Source: Heterodontus francisci (Eukaryota). Taken from it: DNA of 64,000 nt. This document shows positions 62,476-64,000 of the stretch, in pieces. The stretch spans positions 26,612,262-26,676,261 of the forward strand of contig NC_090413.1 of the NCBI RefSeq assembly GCF_036365525.1, written 5' to 3'. A program made the translations under genes and the position numbers. Each line of letters opens with the position of its first letter. Position 1 is the stretch's first letter. The notes below the pieces were generated by a model. That model saw only the letters and a list, made by a program, of their open reading frames with translations, made no database searches and was not told the origin of the DNA.

Positions 62476-64000
62476 CTGTCAATATGCTATCATTCTTTTC
62501 ACTAGAGCAGTACTGCTGCACGTGACCGCCATTTGGATCAGTGGTAGGACTGTTCAGCTTCTGGACATTAGTCAAGTCCCCATCAAGGCAGTCTATTGGA
62601 TAACTTGCAACAATTTCCTCTACATTGCATGACTTTGGTTGATTAGACTCCGAGCTATCTTCTGCCAGGTCCCCCTCATGGTCCGCAACAGTCACTACAG
62701 CAACATCTTTCAAGCACTCATTTTGAGGAAAACAGTGGTTCTGAATGGAAAGGCTTGCATTGGGTCCAAAGGAATGCTGGCCAATCATGGCAGTAAGTTT
62801 TTCTTGGCTTGCAATCTGCTCACTAGTGGGATCTTCCTGTAAAGATCCCGTACCTGACAGCACACAATGTTGAGCAGCAAGGGAGTCAGAAGTAGCACGA
62901 CCACGTCCAAGGCATGGAAGGGTCTCCGCTGTTGCAAGTTCTTCTCCCTCATCCACAGCATGTAGAGTTAAGGGTTTGAAATGGGGAGAACATGAAGCAA
63001 GGGACAGCACTTCAGAATTTGATTCAGTTTTGTCCTCAAATACTGGGTTGTCAATCCCCTCTAATCCACATTGGATATGTTCTCCAGTCACACTTTCATG
63101 ATCAGCCTCGAAGTGATCATCCTCCTCTGAAGACACAACAGACTCTGTTGGAGGATCACCATGCAGATCATCTGCTGCAAGTGTCTCTGGTTCTTCATCA
63201 CCCCTTTCCAAGTGAATCCCTAAATCTTGATCCAAGAGATCATCCAGTGGTCTCAGTTCATCAGTCTGACGAATGCCAAGATCTGCAAATTCTAGTTTCT
63301 CATCAGATTTTGACTCTACTCCCGAACTACTATCATAGTCCTTCAGTTCTTCAGGAGTGCTAGTGGTACTACTGCTTTTCCCTGCCAAATCAGGACCACT
63401 AAGTGTACTTGACTTGGACACGCCCGGATCTTCACGTGAATCTTCGGGTGAGATTCCAAGCTTCTCTCCAGATGACTGGTTTCCAACAGGACATTCTGTC
63501 TTGGAAGATATTTGCATGGTCTCCACGAGTAGGTTGTGAGGTTCAAAGACAAGGTCTCTACTTTGAAGTGTTTCTGGGCAAACCTCAGTAGGAGATTCTT
63601 CAGTATCTGCCTCTTCAGAATACTCATACATGGTGAGCTTAACTTTCTCTACATTAGATACGTTGCTATTTGTCTCAGGAGAACTCTCATCTTCAAGAGA
63701 ACTTCCCAAGGTAGGCTCTTTAGGATCTACCAGATCCAACATTGATACAGGGACAACATTGCCACCTTTGGTTGCAGATACATTATCCACCTGTGACCCA
63801 TCCATGGCAGGATTTAGAGACTCTTTCTCTTCAGAGCTTGAAGTAGATTCATGAAGTACATATTGGCTCTGCAAGTCTTGCACTTCCAGACTTTCACTGT
63901 TCAAGTACATCTTTCCATCAATACCAGCAACTTTTTCATTCATATTCTGTTCCGCTTCAATTTGGTTTAAATCCACTTTTATTACCTTTGCTGCATAGTA
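62476..64000 (-). CDS. PRR36: DUF4596-family gene, large acidic/Ser-rich exon (open to window end)
   Basis: Stop-free for more than 500 codons; contains STPEELKDYDSS resembling a KIAA1107 motif. Donor ACAG|gtaatg (phase 1) joins 60529 in frame. Confidence 0.7.

Overview
Vertebrate nuclear DNA, almost certainly a shark or other elasmobranch, judged from HE1/V-SINEs, SacSINE1-type DeuSINEs, abundant CR1/L2 fragments and Penelope elements. Four spliced protein-coding genes are present, in a block resembling human 19p13. (1) The first two coding exons of GIPC1 (- strand, continuing off the left edge). (2) A complete DNAJB1/Hsp40 (- strand, 3 coding exons, 346 aa) with a GC-AG intron and a perfect HSE promoter about 8 kb upstream of the ATG exon. 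(3) A complete C19orf67/UPF0575 orthologue (+ strand, 6 coding exons, 421 aa) with an RFX X-box promoter. (4) The 3' end of a DUF4596 PRR36/KIAA1107(BTBD8)-family gene (- strand). The rest is largely retroelements, two minisatellites, two solo LTRs and a 172-N gap. The most unusual observations are: a full-length 3.1-kb ORF1-less LINE with a tRNA-Thr(AGT)-like head and near-total absence of Pol III terminator T-runs; short TSD-flanked insertions whose 5' ends sit exactly on a Penelope hammerhead-ribozyme core; and a 793-bp foldback-like insertion with a 9-bp TSD carrying CTCF/octamer/YY1/NRF1 motifs. Gene and family names come from recalled sequence similarity; no database search was run.
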